Of a stretch of 62,980 nt of DNA, positions 16,122 through 25,248 are shown one piece after another. The position numbers were made by a program, and so were the translations under genes. The stretch comes from a virus (lineage: Duplodnaviria; Caudoviricetes), in IMG/VR virus record IMGVR_UViG_3300025030_000105, positions 1 to 62,980 of that record. One strand, 5' to 3'. Each line of letters opens with the position of its first letter. The stretch's first letter is position 1. The notes beneath the pieces were generated by a model. That model had not been told where the DNA came from, made no database searches, and saw only the letters and a program-made list of their open reading frames with translations.

Positions 16122-17662
16122 TAAAAAATCATCTGGTCTTCCGTTCCGGGAGCGTCGGCCAGCTCCGCGCGGTCTTCCCCCTCCTCAAGGAGGCCACCAT
16201 AGGCGGCGAGCGATTTGCCGCCGTCCCCCACACTCTTGAGAGCGCGAAGATCCTGAATAACCTCGGGATCGCGGCGCCGAGTCCGATACGGACGGCTTAC
16301 TCCTGGCCGGGGCGGTACGCACCAAGATGGTATCAGATCGATACCTCCGAGTTTTTCACTCTCAATATGAGGTGTTATTGCCTTTCAGCCATGCGAACGG
16401 GAAAAACGCTCAGCGCACTCTGGGCCGCAGACTACCTCCGGCAAGTAGGAAAAGTGAAACGGACATTGATCGTCGCCCCCCTCTCAACCCTCTGGGATGT
16501 CTGGCAGACAAACATCTTCGAGTCGTTCCCGCTCAGAACCTTCGCGGTGCTGCATGGTGACAGGAAGAAACGGCTTGCACTACTGGCGCAGCCCTACGAT
16601 TTTTATATTGTGAACCACCATGGGGTGAGGCTTCTTGAGCAGGAGCTGAGGGTAAGGCCAGACATCAACCTTGTCATTATCGACGAAGTCGCCACAATGA
16701 GGAACAGCAGGGCGAAGACCCTCTGGAAGCCCTTAAACGCAGTGTTGAACCAACATGGAATTGTTCGAGCAGCGTGGGGCCTCACAGGCTCACCGACGCC
16801 GACCGGGCCGACCGACGCTTTCGGCCAAAGTAAGCTCATTACCCCAGAGAAGCTGAAGGGGCATTTCACCGCCTGGAAACAGGAGACGATGCTCCAAGTC
16901 TCTCAGTTCAAGTGGGTGCCAAAGAAGGACTCGGCCAAAAGTGTAGCCAGGATACTTTCCCCATCGATCAGGTTCGAGCGAACAGTTTGCACCGACATGG
17001 AGCCATGTTACATTGAGCGACGAGCGCAGCTCTCCGAGGAGCAGCACAAGGCGTATCGGCAGATCGTCAATCAGGCATCGACCGACATACGCGGGTCGAT
17101 GGTGACAGTAGTTAACGCTGCGAATTTACTCAGTAAAATAATACAAATCAGCGCCGGCGTTGCCTATGCAGCCGATGGATCACTTGCTCGACTTGACTTT
17201 GGCCCAAGGCTCTCAGTCCTCGAAGAGCTGATTGAGGAGAACAACGAGAAGGTACTGGTCTTCGTCCCGTTTACCGGCGTCCTGGAGGCGTTAGCCTCCG
17301 AGCTTAGGAAGCGTTGGTCAGTATCCGTCATCAACGGCGACGTTTCTCCAGCTCGACGGACGCAGATTTTCAGAGATTTCAGGTCCCTGAAGGACCCCTG
17401 GATACTCCTCTGCCACCCGGACTGCATGGCCCATGGTCTGGACTTGACAACAGCATCCCTCTCCATCTGGTACGCACCGTATCTGAAATCGGAGAAGTAC
17501 CAACAAGCGAACGCTCGGACCGATGGGAGCAAGCAGACAGCGAAGATCGACATCGCTCGGATTTACGCGACTCCTGAGGAGAAGAGGGCTTACGCCGTCC
17601 TTGAGGGTAACGGACGGTATCAGGATATTGTCTTGGAACTTTCCAAGGAAAGGAGTTGGTAA
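16103..17662 (+). CDS. SNF2-like (SF2) helicase
   Basis: MRTGKT, IIDE, LTGSP, HGLDLT, QANAR motifs. Confidence 0.9.
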   Translation: MSDVRVIKNHLVFRSGSVGQLRAVFPLLKEATIGGERFAAVPHTLESAKILNNLGIAAPSPIRTAYSWPGRYAPRWYQIDTSEFFTLNMRCYCLSAMRTGKTLSALWAADYLRQVGKVKRTLIVAPLSTLWDVWQTNIFESFPLRTFAVLHGDRKKRLALLAQPYDFYIVNHHGVRLLEQELRVRPDINLVIIDEVATMRNSRAKTLWKPLNAVLNQHGIVRAAWGLTGSPTPTGPTDAFGQSKLITPEKLKGHFTAWKQETMLQVSQFKWVPKKDSAKSVARILSPSIRFERTVCTDMEPCYIERRAQLSEEQHKAYRQIVNQASTDIRGSMVTVVNAANLLSKIIQISAGVAYAADGSLARLDFGPRLSVLEELIEENNEKVLVFVPFTGVLEALASELRKRWSVSVINGDVSPARRTQIFRDFRSLKDPWILLCHPDCMAHGLDLTTASLSIWYAPYLKSEKYQQANARTDGSKQTAKIDIARIYATPEEKRAYAVLEGNGRYQDIVLELSKERSW

Positions 17663-18357
17663 TGAAGTATTTCGGGGGAAAGCAGCGAGTGGCTAAGGAC
17701 CTAGTGCATGTTATTAGCACGTATAGAAAGCCGGGGCAGTTATTCTTCGAACCGTTCTTAGGGGGGGCTAACATCATTACAAAATTATCTGGAAGAAGAT
17801 GTGCGGCTGACGCCAACAAAGACTTGATCACGATGTATGAGGCGCTGCAGGCCGGGTGGGTACCGCCCGTGGCCGTGAGCAGATCTGAATATGACGCCGC
17901 TAAGGACTTGCCGGAGGGCACGTCACCGCTGAAAGCGTTTGTGGGGTTTGGGTGCTCATTCGCTGGGAAGTGGTTCGGAGGCTATGCAAAGTCAGGAAGC
18001 AGGAACTATGCACTCAACGCAAAGAACAGTTTAGAAAAGAAGAGGGCAGGGCTCGCCGGAGTCAAGCTGTTCGCTAGAAAGTACGAAGAGTTTCACCCTA
18101 AGAATGCTATTATATACTGTGACCCGCCATATGCAGGCACTACCCAGTATGGGGCGGTCGGTGATTTCAATAGTGATGTCTTCTGGGTGATTATGCGGGA
18201 ATGGTCGCAAGCCAATACAGTGTTGGTGTCTGAGTATGTCGCCCCGAGTTATTGCGATGTAGTGTGGGAGAAGGAAGTGGTGACAGACATCAGAGGCGGC
18301 GACGGAAGGCTTGCTCGAACGGAGAAGCTGTTTTTAGTGCGCCCTTTCGGTAGTTGA
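17662..18357 (+). CDS. DNA adenine methyltransferase (Dam/D12-like)
   Basis: KYFGGK, EPFLGG, YCDPPY. Confidence 0.92.
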   Translation: MKYFGGKQRVAKDLVHVISTYRKPGQLFFEPFLGGANIITKLSGRRCAADANKDLITMYEALQAGWVPPVAVSRSEYDAAKDLPEGTSPLKAFVGFGCSFAGKWFGGYAKSGSRNYALNAKNSLEKKRAGLAGVKLFARKYEEFHPKNAIIYCDPPYAGTTQYGAVGDFNSDVFWVIMREWSQANTVLVSEYVAPSYCDVVWEKEVVTDIRGGDGRLARTEKLFLVRPFGS

Positions 18358-18371
18358 CTTACAAAAACCTC

Positions 18372-18400
18372 TTGACTATCTCTGTCAATCAGGTTACAAT
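18372..18400 (+). promoter_or_regulatory. sigma70-type promoter (twin of 10618)
   Basis: TTGACT-17 bp-TACAAT; shares TGTCAATCAGGTTACAATTA with the 10618 promoter. Confidence 0.8.
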
Positions 18401-18515
18401 TAAGAAAACGAGGAAGTAAAAATTTATTGCTCCGCACTCGGTGAAAGCATAGTGCTTTTGACTTGCTACTCGGGAGGGGCCGGTAGCGCCGGGTGCGGAG
18501 TTTGAGGAGGACGAG

Positions 18516-19241
18516 ATGAAAAAAGCATTACAAGACGCGATACGCGAGGCAGTAAAGCCTCCATTCCGAGCAGTCGATGCTCGTGTCGAGCCCGACTTAT
18601 TGGCGCCGGGCGCCAAGATCCGATGGAAGGATGAAGCGTTCGACTGTGTCCGCAACGCGGAGGTCGTGGAGCGGCACGAGAACGAATGGTCGTATTGGGT
18701 GACTGAGGGGCGCGGTAAGTTCCTCATAAATGAGGTTCATATTGTCGCCTTCCTTGAAGGCGAAGCGAAGGAGGATGACATAGGAAATAACAGGAGGGAA
18801 AACGCGCCAAGGGCGGAGCCTCTGCCGGCTCCGCCTCCTGCAAAGAAAGCAGTAACTGCCGACGCAGTAATTGCGGCGTACATCAAGACGCGGGACGCCA
18901 TTGAGGCGGAGAAGAAGATTTACGACGAAAAGGTCGAGAAGCTGAAAGCCGTACAGGCGAAGCGTGAGCAGTGGCTGACATCCAAACTTGACAAGCTGCA
19001 GTTGACCAGCTTCAAGAAAACTGGGGTAGGCATCGCGTTCTTCAAAACGCGAACGTCGGCAACGATGGCTGATGCAACAGAGTTTGTCAAATGGGTAAGG
19101 GAGGACTGGGACGGGAGGAACCACTTTTTGGAAAAACGAGTGTCGAAGACAGCGGTTGATGACCGCATCAAGGACGGCGAGACGCCGCCTCCGGGGACGA
19201 ACTACTCCTCTACGAGGGTAGTACAAATTAACAAGGGATGA
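18516..19241 (+). CDS. Replication-module protein (coiled coil plus conserved C-terminal domain)
   Basis: YIK.RD coiled coil; LEKRVSKTAV...PPG C-terminus. Confidence 0.7.
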   Translation: MKKALQDAIREAVKPPFRAVDARVEPDLLAPGAKIRWKDEAFDCVRNAEVVERHENEWSYWVTEGRGKFLINEVHIVAFLEGEAKEDDIGNNRRENAPRAEPLPAPPPAKKAVTADAVIAAYIKTRDAIEAEKKIYDEKVEKLKAVQAKREQWLTSKLDKLQLTSFKKTGVGIAFFKTRTSATMADATEFVKWVREDWDGRNHFLEKRVSKTAVDDRIKDGETPPPGTNYSSTRVVQINKG

Positions 19242-19254
19242 GGAGGAAACAAGG

Positions 19255-19422
19255 ATGGAAAAACTTTTGAAGAACGTTACCGGGTTGTTCAACGATTTTC
19301 GTATCGACGCACAGCAACGTGCCCTGAAGGGCAACAAGGCAGCCGGTGCCAGATCGCGCAAGGTCAGCTTGGAGCTTGAGAAGCTCCTTAAAGAATGGCG
19401 GAAAATTTCCATCAAGGAGTGA
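19255..19422 (+). CDS. Hc1 / histone H1-like small protein (55 aa, not in ORF track)
   Basis: MEKLLKNV...KGNKAAGARSRKVSLELEKLLKEWRKISIKE; GNKAA..R.RK.SL signature; GGAGG SD. Confidence 0.8.
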   Translation: MEKLLKNVTGLFNDFRIDAQQRALKGNKAAGARSRKVSLELEKLLKEWRKISIKE

Positions 19423-19426
19423 AGGA

Positions 19427-19819
19427 ATGGAGAACGTACTCTTCTGCCCGAACTGCGGAGCTAAGACTCTCGAAGATCAGAACGACTGGGACTATGAGGC
19501 GGGCGACAACTACTTATGCAAGACTTGCAATACTGAGTATTGGATGAGTTGTGCAGGAGTTAAGGCGCCTACGGCAGAAGAAGACCCGAAAGAGGAGTAC
19601 AAGCCGATAATAGGTTTTAATGACTATATGTCTGCAAGATTGCTCGCGTAGGCGGCGGAACTTCTGTATGACGTTTTTGGCTCCCCGCCGCGTGTACTGG
19701 ATGTGGAGAAGTACAAAGGCGCAGGAAGCACGGTCAAATTTCGAAGGTACGCTCTTATCGGGGCGCAAACTGAACCTGCCTCGGAAGAGGCTGAACAACG
19801 TGAGGAGAAAAACAAATGA
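19427..19819 (+). pseudogene. Zn-ribbon plus major-capsid-N-terminus-like ORF with one in-frame TAG (19649-19651)
   Basis: CPNC..CKTC; the frame stays open after the TAG through STVKFRRYA to a TGA that overlaps the next ATG. Confidence 0.65.
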
Positions 19820-20877
19820 GCGAAAATTCACTAATGATACCCAATAAAGCCGAGATTCCGGCCTATATCCTCAACCCCGAGCTTGCCCGCCAGGCGAACG
19901 AAGACGCCGCCGCCGGCATTGGCACGGGCTACCCTGCCAGAATCAAGCTGATGGGCACGAAGTTTGCCATGGTCGACGGTAATGGCGAGGAGAAGCCTTA
20001 CCCGCCCAGCAAGATGATTATCGGGCCTGATGAGAATCAGTACATGCCTGTGGTGGTCCTGCGAGCGAAGAAGGCCCTGCAAAAAGCGTGGTACCTTAAG
20101 AAGTACGACCCGAACGCCGATGCTTTCCAAGCACCGGACTGCTTCAGCAACGACGGGGAGAGACCTGACCCGAGCAGCTCGTCTAAGCAATGCGAGACCT
20201 GTGCCGCGTGCCCTCATAATGCCTTTGGCTCAGGAATGGACCAGAACGGTAACGCCTCTAAAGGCAAGGCGTGTTCCGACAGTAAGATCCTTGCGGTGTT
20301 CGTGCCGAACTTCGGGGTCCATTCGTTCAAGCTGCCCCCCGCATCGCTGAAGAACTTCGGCTTGTACGTGAAGCAGTTGTCGGCCAACGGGATACCGTTG
20401 GGGACAGTAAAAACATTGGTCGGTTTCGATCTGGCCCAGACTTACCCTGTTCTGGTCTTCAAGTTCGGGGGGTTCCTCAAGCAGGATCACATGGCGCAAC
20501 TCGAAGAGATGGCGCTTTCTCCTGAGGTTGATGACATTGTCAAGGGTATCTCTTCGACGCCTTCGGCGCCGGCCCTGCCCGCGCCACCCAAGCAGGTAAG
20601 TAAACCTGCCGCACCTCCTCCTGTAGAGGATGACAACATGGGGCTCGGGCTGGACGACGGCAAAGCTGCAGCAGAAGCTGAGGCGAAAGCCAAGGCAGAC
20701 GCAGCAGCGAAGAAGACCAAAGCCGCAGCCGCGAAGAAGGCTAAGGCCGACGCAGAGGCAAAAGCTGCCGCCGAGGCAGCACTTGCTGCGCAAGCTGCGG
20801 AGACACCTGCGGTATACGACCCGTCGGAAGTTTCCGATCAGGAACTGATCGACGAACTGGGACTAGATGATCTTTAA
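19816..20877 (+). CDS. Putative ssDNA-binding/recombination protein
   Basis: PDCFSNDG..PD, CxxCxxCP.N, GKAC core; Ala/Lys-rich linker; acidic C-terminal tail; position in the replication module. Confidence 0.55.
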   Translation: MSENSLMIPNKAEIPAYILNPELARQANEDAAAGIGTGYPARIKLMGTKFAMVDGNGEEKPYPPSKMIIGPDENQYMPVVVLRAKKALQKAWYLKKYDPNADAFQAPDCFSNDGERPDPSSSSKQCETCAACPHNAFGSGMDQNGNASKGKACSDSKILAVFVPNFGVHSFKLPPASLKNFGLYVKQLSANGIPLGTVKTLVGFDLAQTYPVLVFKFGGFLKQDHMAQLEEMALSPEVDDIVKGISSTPSAPALPAPPKQVSKPAAPPPVEDDNMGLGLDDGKAAAEAEAKAKADAAAKKTKAAAAKKAKADAEAKAAAEAALAAQAAETPAVYDPSEVSDQELIDELGLDDL

Positions 20878-20941
20878 GCCACGAAGCGGGAAGTAAGGAA
20901 TATATCTCCGCCCCTACGTAGGGGCGGAGTAAGGAAACAAC

Positions 20942-21235
20942 ATGACAACGAAAGAGAAAGTGGAAAAGATTTTCCAATCTATTGAGCGTGCGGAGATCGG
21001 CATGGTCGACGTGCAGCGGTTGACCAGCATAAGCAGGGAAACTCTTTACAAGTGGAAGGACGGGGGAAATATTAAGGATTTCTTGCGGTTGAACATTATG
21101 ACAAGGTTCGCCTCCCTGCTGGAGACCGCCGTATCCGAAGGCAAATTGCCTTTACAAAACCCGTTGAAGACAGATGAGAGAATAAAGCTTCTGAGGAAAA
21201 TCATTGCAGCAGCCGCAGTAAAGAAAGTAGAGTAG
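20942..21235 (+). CDS. HTH DNA-binding protein
   Basis: ISRETLYKW..G. Confidence 0.65.
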   Translation: MTTKEKVEKIFQSIERAEIGMVDVQRLTSISRETLYKWKDGGNIKDFLRLNIMTRFASLLETAVSEGKLPLQNPLKTDERIKLLRKIIAAAAVKKVE

Positions 21236-21313
21236 TAAGCTCATTTCTCTGCGGAGGCGCACCATGTTGCGAACAAAGTTCGCCCTTCCAAAGGGCTACA
21301 AGGAGGTGCGATA

Positions 21314-24202
21314 ATGTTCCTATCCAAGCTCCTCCCGACGGAAGGGTTATATTGCGTAGCGCTGCTGATTCCTCAGCAAGGCAAAAAGCCCAAGTGGAGG
21401 CATTTTTTCCATGCTCGGCTGCAAGAAGCAGAGGCGCGCCTTGACGCTCTTAACGGGGCGGGAAACACTGTCTTTATCGCACAGGCTACGTTCGATGCGG
21501 AGAAGGTTGAGGCCGCGAAGGAGCAGAACAAGACCGTCCCCGCTGGTGGAGCCTATGTAGGACTTCGCACACACGCAAATGCTCACCAGCTGAAGAATTT
21601 TTTCCTCGATATCGACGTGGGCGAGAAGTGGCCGCTGAAGACTCGGAAGGCGGCGGTCGACGAACTGAAGAAGTTTGTCCGGGAAACAGGTCTGCCGTTT
21701 CCGGCAGTTGTCAGCTCTGGCCACGGTTTTTACACTCACTGGATATTGGCGCAGGCAGTGCCGGCCAATCAATGGAAGACCATCGCACAGCTCCTAAAAA
21801 AGGTAGTGGCTACATATTCCCCTGCAATAGGTGGTGATTCCTCCAAGACTAGCGACCCATCGACAGTACTTCGCCCACCAGGAATGACAAATAGGAAGTA
21901 TCCTGGCGAAGAAAAACCGGTAGTCCTCCTGAAGGACGTAGAACCGATCGAGTTCATCGACTTTGTAAACCTGCTCGGAGAAGCCGCGAAGAAAAAGAAA
22001 ATAAATCGGGAGATGATCCTGCCGCCCAAGACGGCGGACATCAACGCTGACTTCTATGCCGGTCTCAGTCCGACAGGGCCTCCGAGCAACGCCGACCGCG
22101 TAGCCGATAAGTGTCCGCAAGTGCGAGCCGTGCGTGATGCACAGGGCAACGTCTCCGAGCCAATATGGTACAACACTATTGGACTTGTCGTCCACTGCGA
22201 AGATGGCGAAGCCGTCGCCCAAGAGTGGTCATCGGGACACCCAGAGTACTCGCCGGAGGAAACAGATAGGAAGATCGCCCAATGGCTCGGAACCGGCATC
22301 GGCCCAACAACCTGCGCCAAGTTCGGAGAACTGAACCCGACAGGCTGCATCGGCTGCCCAAGTAATGGGAAGATAAAGAGTCCAATCGTCCTCGGTAAGC
22401 CGGAACCAAAATCGCTGGAAGTGATTGAGGAACAGTGTCCTCCTCCGGACGGTTTCAGGAGAAGCCAGGATGGTCTGTACGTGGACGCTGAAGGCGTATG
22501 GGTACGTTTCTATGACTGCGACTTGTATGTCGACAGGCTGGCGTATGACCAATCCCTCGGTTACGAAGTAATGACGATCAAGCACTCGCTCCCGCACGAG
22601 GGCAATTTGGAATGCACAATCAGGTCGTCGATGGTAAACGACCCAAAGGCATTGATTACCCTCCTCGGCGACAATCACATCAAGATCGTCGGAAACCGAG
22701 ATAAGAAACTTATGGTGAATTATATGGAAGGATACCAGTCAAAACTTCAAAGGATGCGACGAATGTCACACTATCTGTGCCAGATGGGATGGGCGACGGC
22801 CAGAGATGGCAAGGAGATGTTCGTCCTCGGGAAAAAAATTCTTCACGCAGATGGAACTTCGGAAGAGGCGAGCCTTGCCCACAATGTGCCGACAGCTGCC
22901 GGTGGGTACCGGACAGCAGGAGAGTTGAGTGAGTGGGTGAAAGCAACACGAGTACTGAACGAGCCTGGGATGGAGCCGTTCGCCTTTGCACTCCTCGCTG
23001 GAGGCTTCGGCGCTCCACTTATGAAGTTCACCGGGTTCGACGGCGCGGCGATCTCAATGGTCGGCCAGTCAGGCGCCGGGAAAACGCTTCTCCTTATGAT
23101 GATCCAGTCGGTCTGGGGCGCTCACCAAGACCTGATGATGACGAAGAACGACACCGATCTGTCGATGATCGCCCGCCTCGGTGTATATAACACCTTGCCA
23201 CTTACTATCGACGAAGTGACCAACATGGAGGCGATGAAGGTCTCGAATTTGTTATACCAGATAACTCAAGGAAGGGAGCGCACCAGGCTTGGCCGAGACT
23301 CGAAGGAATTAAGTAATCTGAATAGGTGGAATACCCTCGCAGTGACGAGCTCCAACGAGTCACTTGTCGACAAACTGTCGTCAACGAAGGTCGACGCCTC
23401 GGCGGAGATAAACCGGGTCTTCGAGTACTACGTCAACAAGCATGACCTATTTGTAGAGCCCCTGACGACCGACCTGTATTGGACGATAACCGAGAACTTC
23501 GGGCACGCTGGGGAAAAGTACGCTGAGTGGCTGGTGAAGAACGTCAAAGGACTGAGAGCAGACCTCGACAAAATCAAGACCAGGATCGAGGCGAAGGCTG
23601 CAACCCAAGGCGGTGAGCGGTTCTGGTCGGCGATTGCAAGTGTCGCCATCTACGGCGGACTGATAGCCAAAAAACTCGGGCTGATCGACTTCGAGATCGC
23701 CCCTGTAATGAAATGGGCGGAAGAGACCATCCGAGAGATGAGGACCGACAAGCAGGAGTTGTCCGGTGACTCCGTCACTATCCTCGCTCAGTTCCTCGAC
23801 GACCATGCCGGCAACAGGCTGATCGTGAAAGGCAGCGCCTTGTCGAAACAGGGCTGCCAGGTGATCGAGGCCCCACGAGGCGCACTCTACGTGCGGTACG
23901 AGATCGATACTCAGAGGATGTATATTTCTCGACCAACGTTGAAGACCTGGCTGTCTAAGAGGTTCGGGTCATATACGAAATTGAAGAGGGACCTCGTAGA
24001 GATGAAAGCTTTAGTTGAAGCGAACAAGATGAAGAATTTGGGCGCCGGGACATGGTTCTCTTCGGCGTCTCAGGCTACATGGGAGATAAATGTTTCCTGT
24101 CGTCGGCTTGGGTTTACTGCGCAGCGACTGATTGAGACGGCTGAAGAGCTTGCAAAGCTCCCGGCTTTGCCGGGGAGTGGGAAAATTGGAGGGAAGGAAT
24201 GA
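21314..24202 (+). CDS. Primase-helicase fusion (AEP/RepB-like primase, PriCT-like region, DUF927 helicase)
   Basis: FFLDIDVG, SSGHGF, LRPPG..N.K; CxxC; Walker A GQSGAGKT, IDE, G.ER.RL. Confidence 0.88.
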   Translation: MFLSKLLPTEGLYCVALLIPQQGKKPKWRHFFHARLQEAEARLDALNGAGNTVFIAQATFDAEKVEAAKEQNKTVPAGGAYVGLRTHANAHQLKNFFLDIDVGEKWPLKTRKAAVDELKKFVRETGLPFPAVVSSGHGFYTHWILAQAVPANQWKTIAQLLKKVVATYSPAIGGDSSKTSDPSTVLRPPGMTNRKYPGEEKPVVLLKDVEPIEFIDFVNLLGEAAKKKKINREMILPPKTADINADFYAGLSPTGPPSNADRVADKCPQVRAVRDAQGNVSEPIWYNTIGLVVHCEDGEAVAQEWSSGHPEYSPEETDRKIAQWLGTGIGPTTCAKFGELNPTGCIGCPSNGKIKSPIVLGKPEPKSLEVIEEQCPPPDGFRRSQDGLYVDAEGVWVRFYDCDLYVDRLAYDQSLGYEVMTIKHSLPHEGNLECTIRSSMVNDPKALITLLGDNHIKIVGNRDKKLMVNYMEGYQSKLQRMRRMSHYLCQMGWATARDGKEMFVLGKKILHADGTSEEASLAHNVPTAAGGYRTAGELSEWVKATRVLNEPGMEPFAFALLAGGFGAPLMKFTGFDGAAISMVGQSGAGKTLLLMMIQSVWGAHQDLMMTKNDTDLSMIARLGVYNTLPLTIDEVTNMEAMKVSNLLYQITQGRERTRLGRDSKELSNLNRWNTLAVTSSNESLVDKLSSTKVDASAEINRVFEYYVNKHDLFVEPLTTDLYWTITENFGHAGEKYAEWLVKNVKGLRADLDKIKTRIEAKAATQGGERFWSAIASVAIYGGLIAKKLGLIDFEIAPVMKWAEETIREMRTDKQELSGDSVTILAQFLDDHAGNRLIVKGSALSKQGCQVIEAPRGALYVRYEIDTQRMYISRPTLKTWLSKRFGSYTKLKRDLVEMKALVEANKMKNLGAGTWFSSASQATWEINVSCRRLGFTAQRLIETAEELAKLPALPGSGKIGGKE

Positions 24203-24405
24203 AAGGCGAAGCCTGCATCCGCAGGAAAGTCGTCATAGACGACGAGAACTTTTACTTTGTTATCGGCCCGAACTTCGTCCATGCCACAACGCCGCACGAG
24301 AACAGGCCGGAGAACGAGAAGTTAAGAAGAATAGTTGATGCTATCTGTCACGAAGTGACAGAGGCGCAGGGAGGAGGGGAGGAGGATGAACACATACAGG
24401 CTTGA
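24199..24405 (+). CDS. Hypothetical protein
   Basis: ATGA overlap with primase; GGAGG SD. Confidence 0.6.
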   Translation: MKGEACIRRKVVIDDENFYFVIGPNFVHATTPHENRPENEKLRRIVDAICHEVTEAQGGGEEDEHIQA

Positions 24406-24604
24406 AGCAACTTACAAAGAAAGATACCAAGGATTCAGATGTACGTTCTTCGATGACGGACTGTCGATGGCAAAGTCAATAGCTAGGGCACTTGTTGCCT
24501 CCGGAGACTTCGACGGCGTGATCATTACGAGGAACGAAGATAAGGAAGTGAGCTTTCTGGAGGATGAGGATGATATACATCCAACGCGCGAAGAAGCAGT
24601 ATGA
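24386..24604 (+). CDS. Hypothetical protein
   Basis: GGAGG SD. Confidence 0.55.
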   Translation: MNTYRLEATYKERYQGFRCTFFDDGLSMAKSIARALVASGDFDGVIITRNEDKEVSFLEDEDDIHPTREEAV

Positions 24605-24760
24605 CGCAGGAGAGTTCTACTCCTGGCGAGTCAGTCCGAAGGCAGAGACCATAGGTACCGCAGAGACTTTCTGCGAAGCCGCAAGGCTTATCGCCGAACA
24701 ACCTAAAGGATGGATCTACTACACATCGAACCGCCCTTGCCGGAATTGGAGGGAGAGGGA

Positions 24761-25030
24761 ATGATACACACTTTGAAAACTGATTCGGAAGTATTTCAGG
24801 CAGTGTTACTGCAGGCGAAGACCTTCGAGATTCGTAAGCACGACCGAGACTTTCGAGTCGGCGATGTTTTGGTTCTTCAGGAGACCAAGCACACTGGAGA
24901 GGAAATGCACAACGGCGCACCACTGGAGTACACCAGGAGATCCTATGAGGCCATAGTTACTCACATTCTAGTAGGCCCGGTCTACGGGCTGGCTGAGGGA
25001 TGGTGCATTCTCTCAATAAAGGAGGCGTAA
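24761..25030 (+). CDS. DUF3850 / ASCH-fold protein
   Basis: H.LK....F.AV....KTFEIRK.DRDF.VGD.L.L.E. Confidence 0.85.
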   Translation: MIHTLKTDSEVFQAVLLQAKTFEIRKHDRDFRVGDVLVLQETKHTGEEMHNGAPLEYTRRSYEAIVTHILVGPVYGLAEGWCILSIKEA

Positions 25031-25248
25031 TGAAACTCGAAGACACGAAGATCAAAGTAGGAGGAGTCCTCCGCTGTTGCGTCGCGGACGTAGCCTGCGA
25101 GTATGAGGGTAAGGAAGTCGAGATTGGAGCGACGAGCGAGTGCCCGCATTGTCACGAGAAGTTCACGCTGGTCATGGACCAGTACCCCGTGTGGAAACCT
25201 GATTGGATGTTGGAGAAGAGGAATGAAAATAATAAAACCAAGTGTTGA
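25030..25248 (+). CDS. Small Cys-containing protein
   Basis: GGAGG SD; GG.LRCC...CPHC. Confidence 0.6.
   Translation: MKLEDTKIKVGGVLRCCVADVACEYEGKEVEIGATSECPHCHEKFTLVMDQYPVWKPDWMLEKRNENNKTKC

Noticed and set aside
19649-19651. Genome-wide TAG reassignment
   Set aside because: Core genes are not fragmented and several end at TAG followed by a proper SD and next gene (e.g. 35814, 39771)
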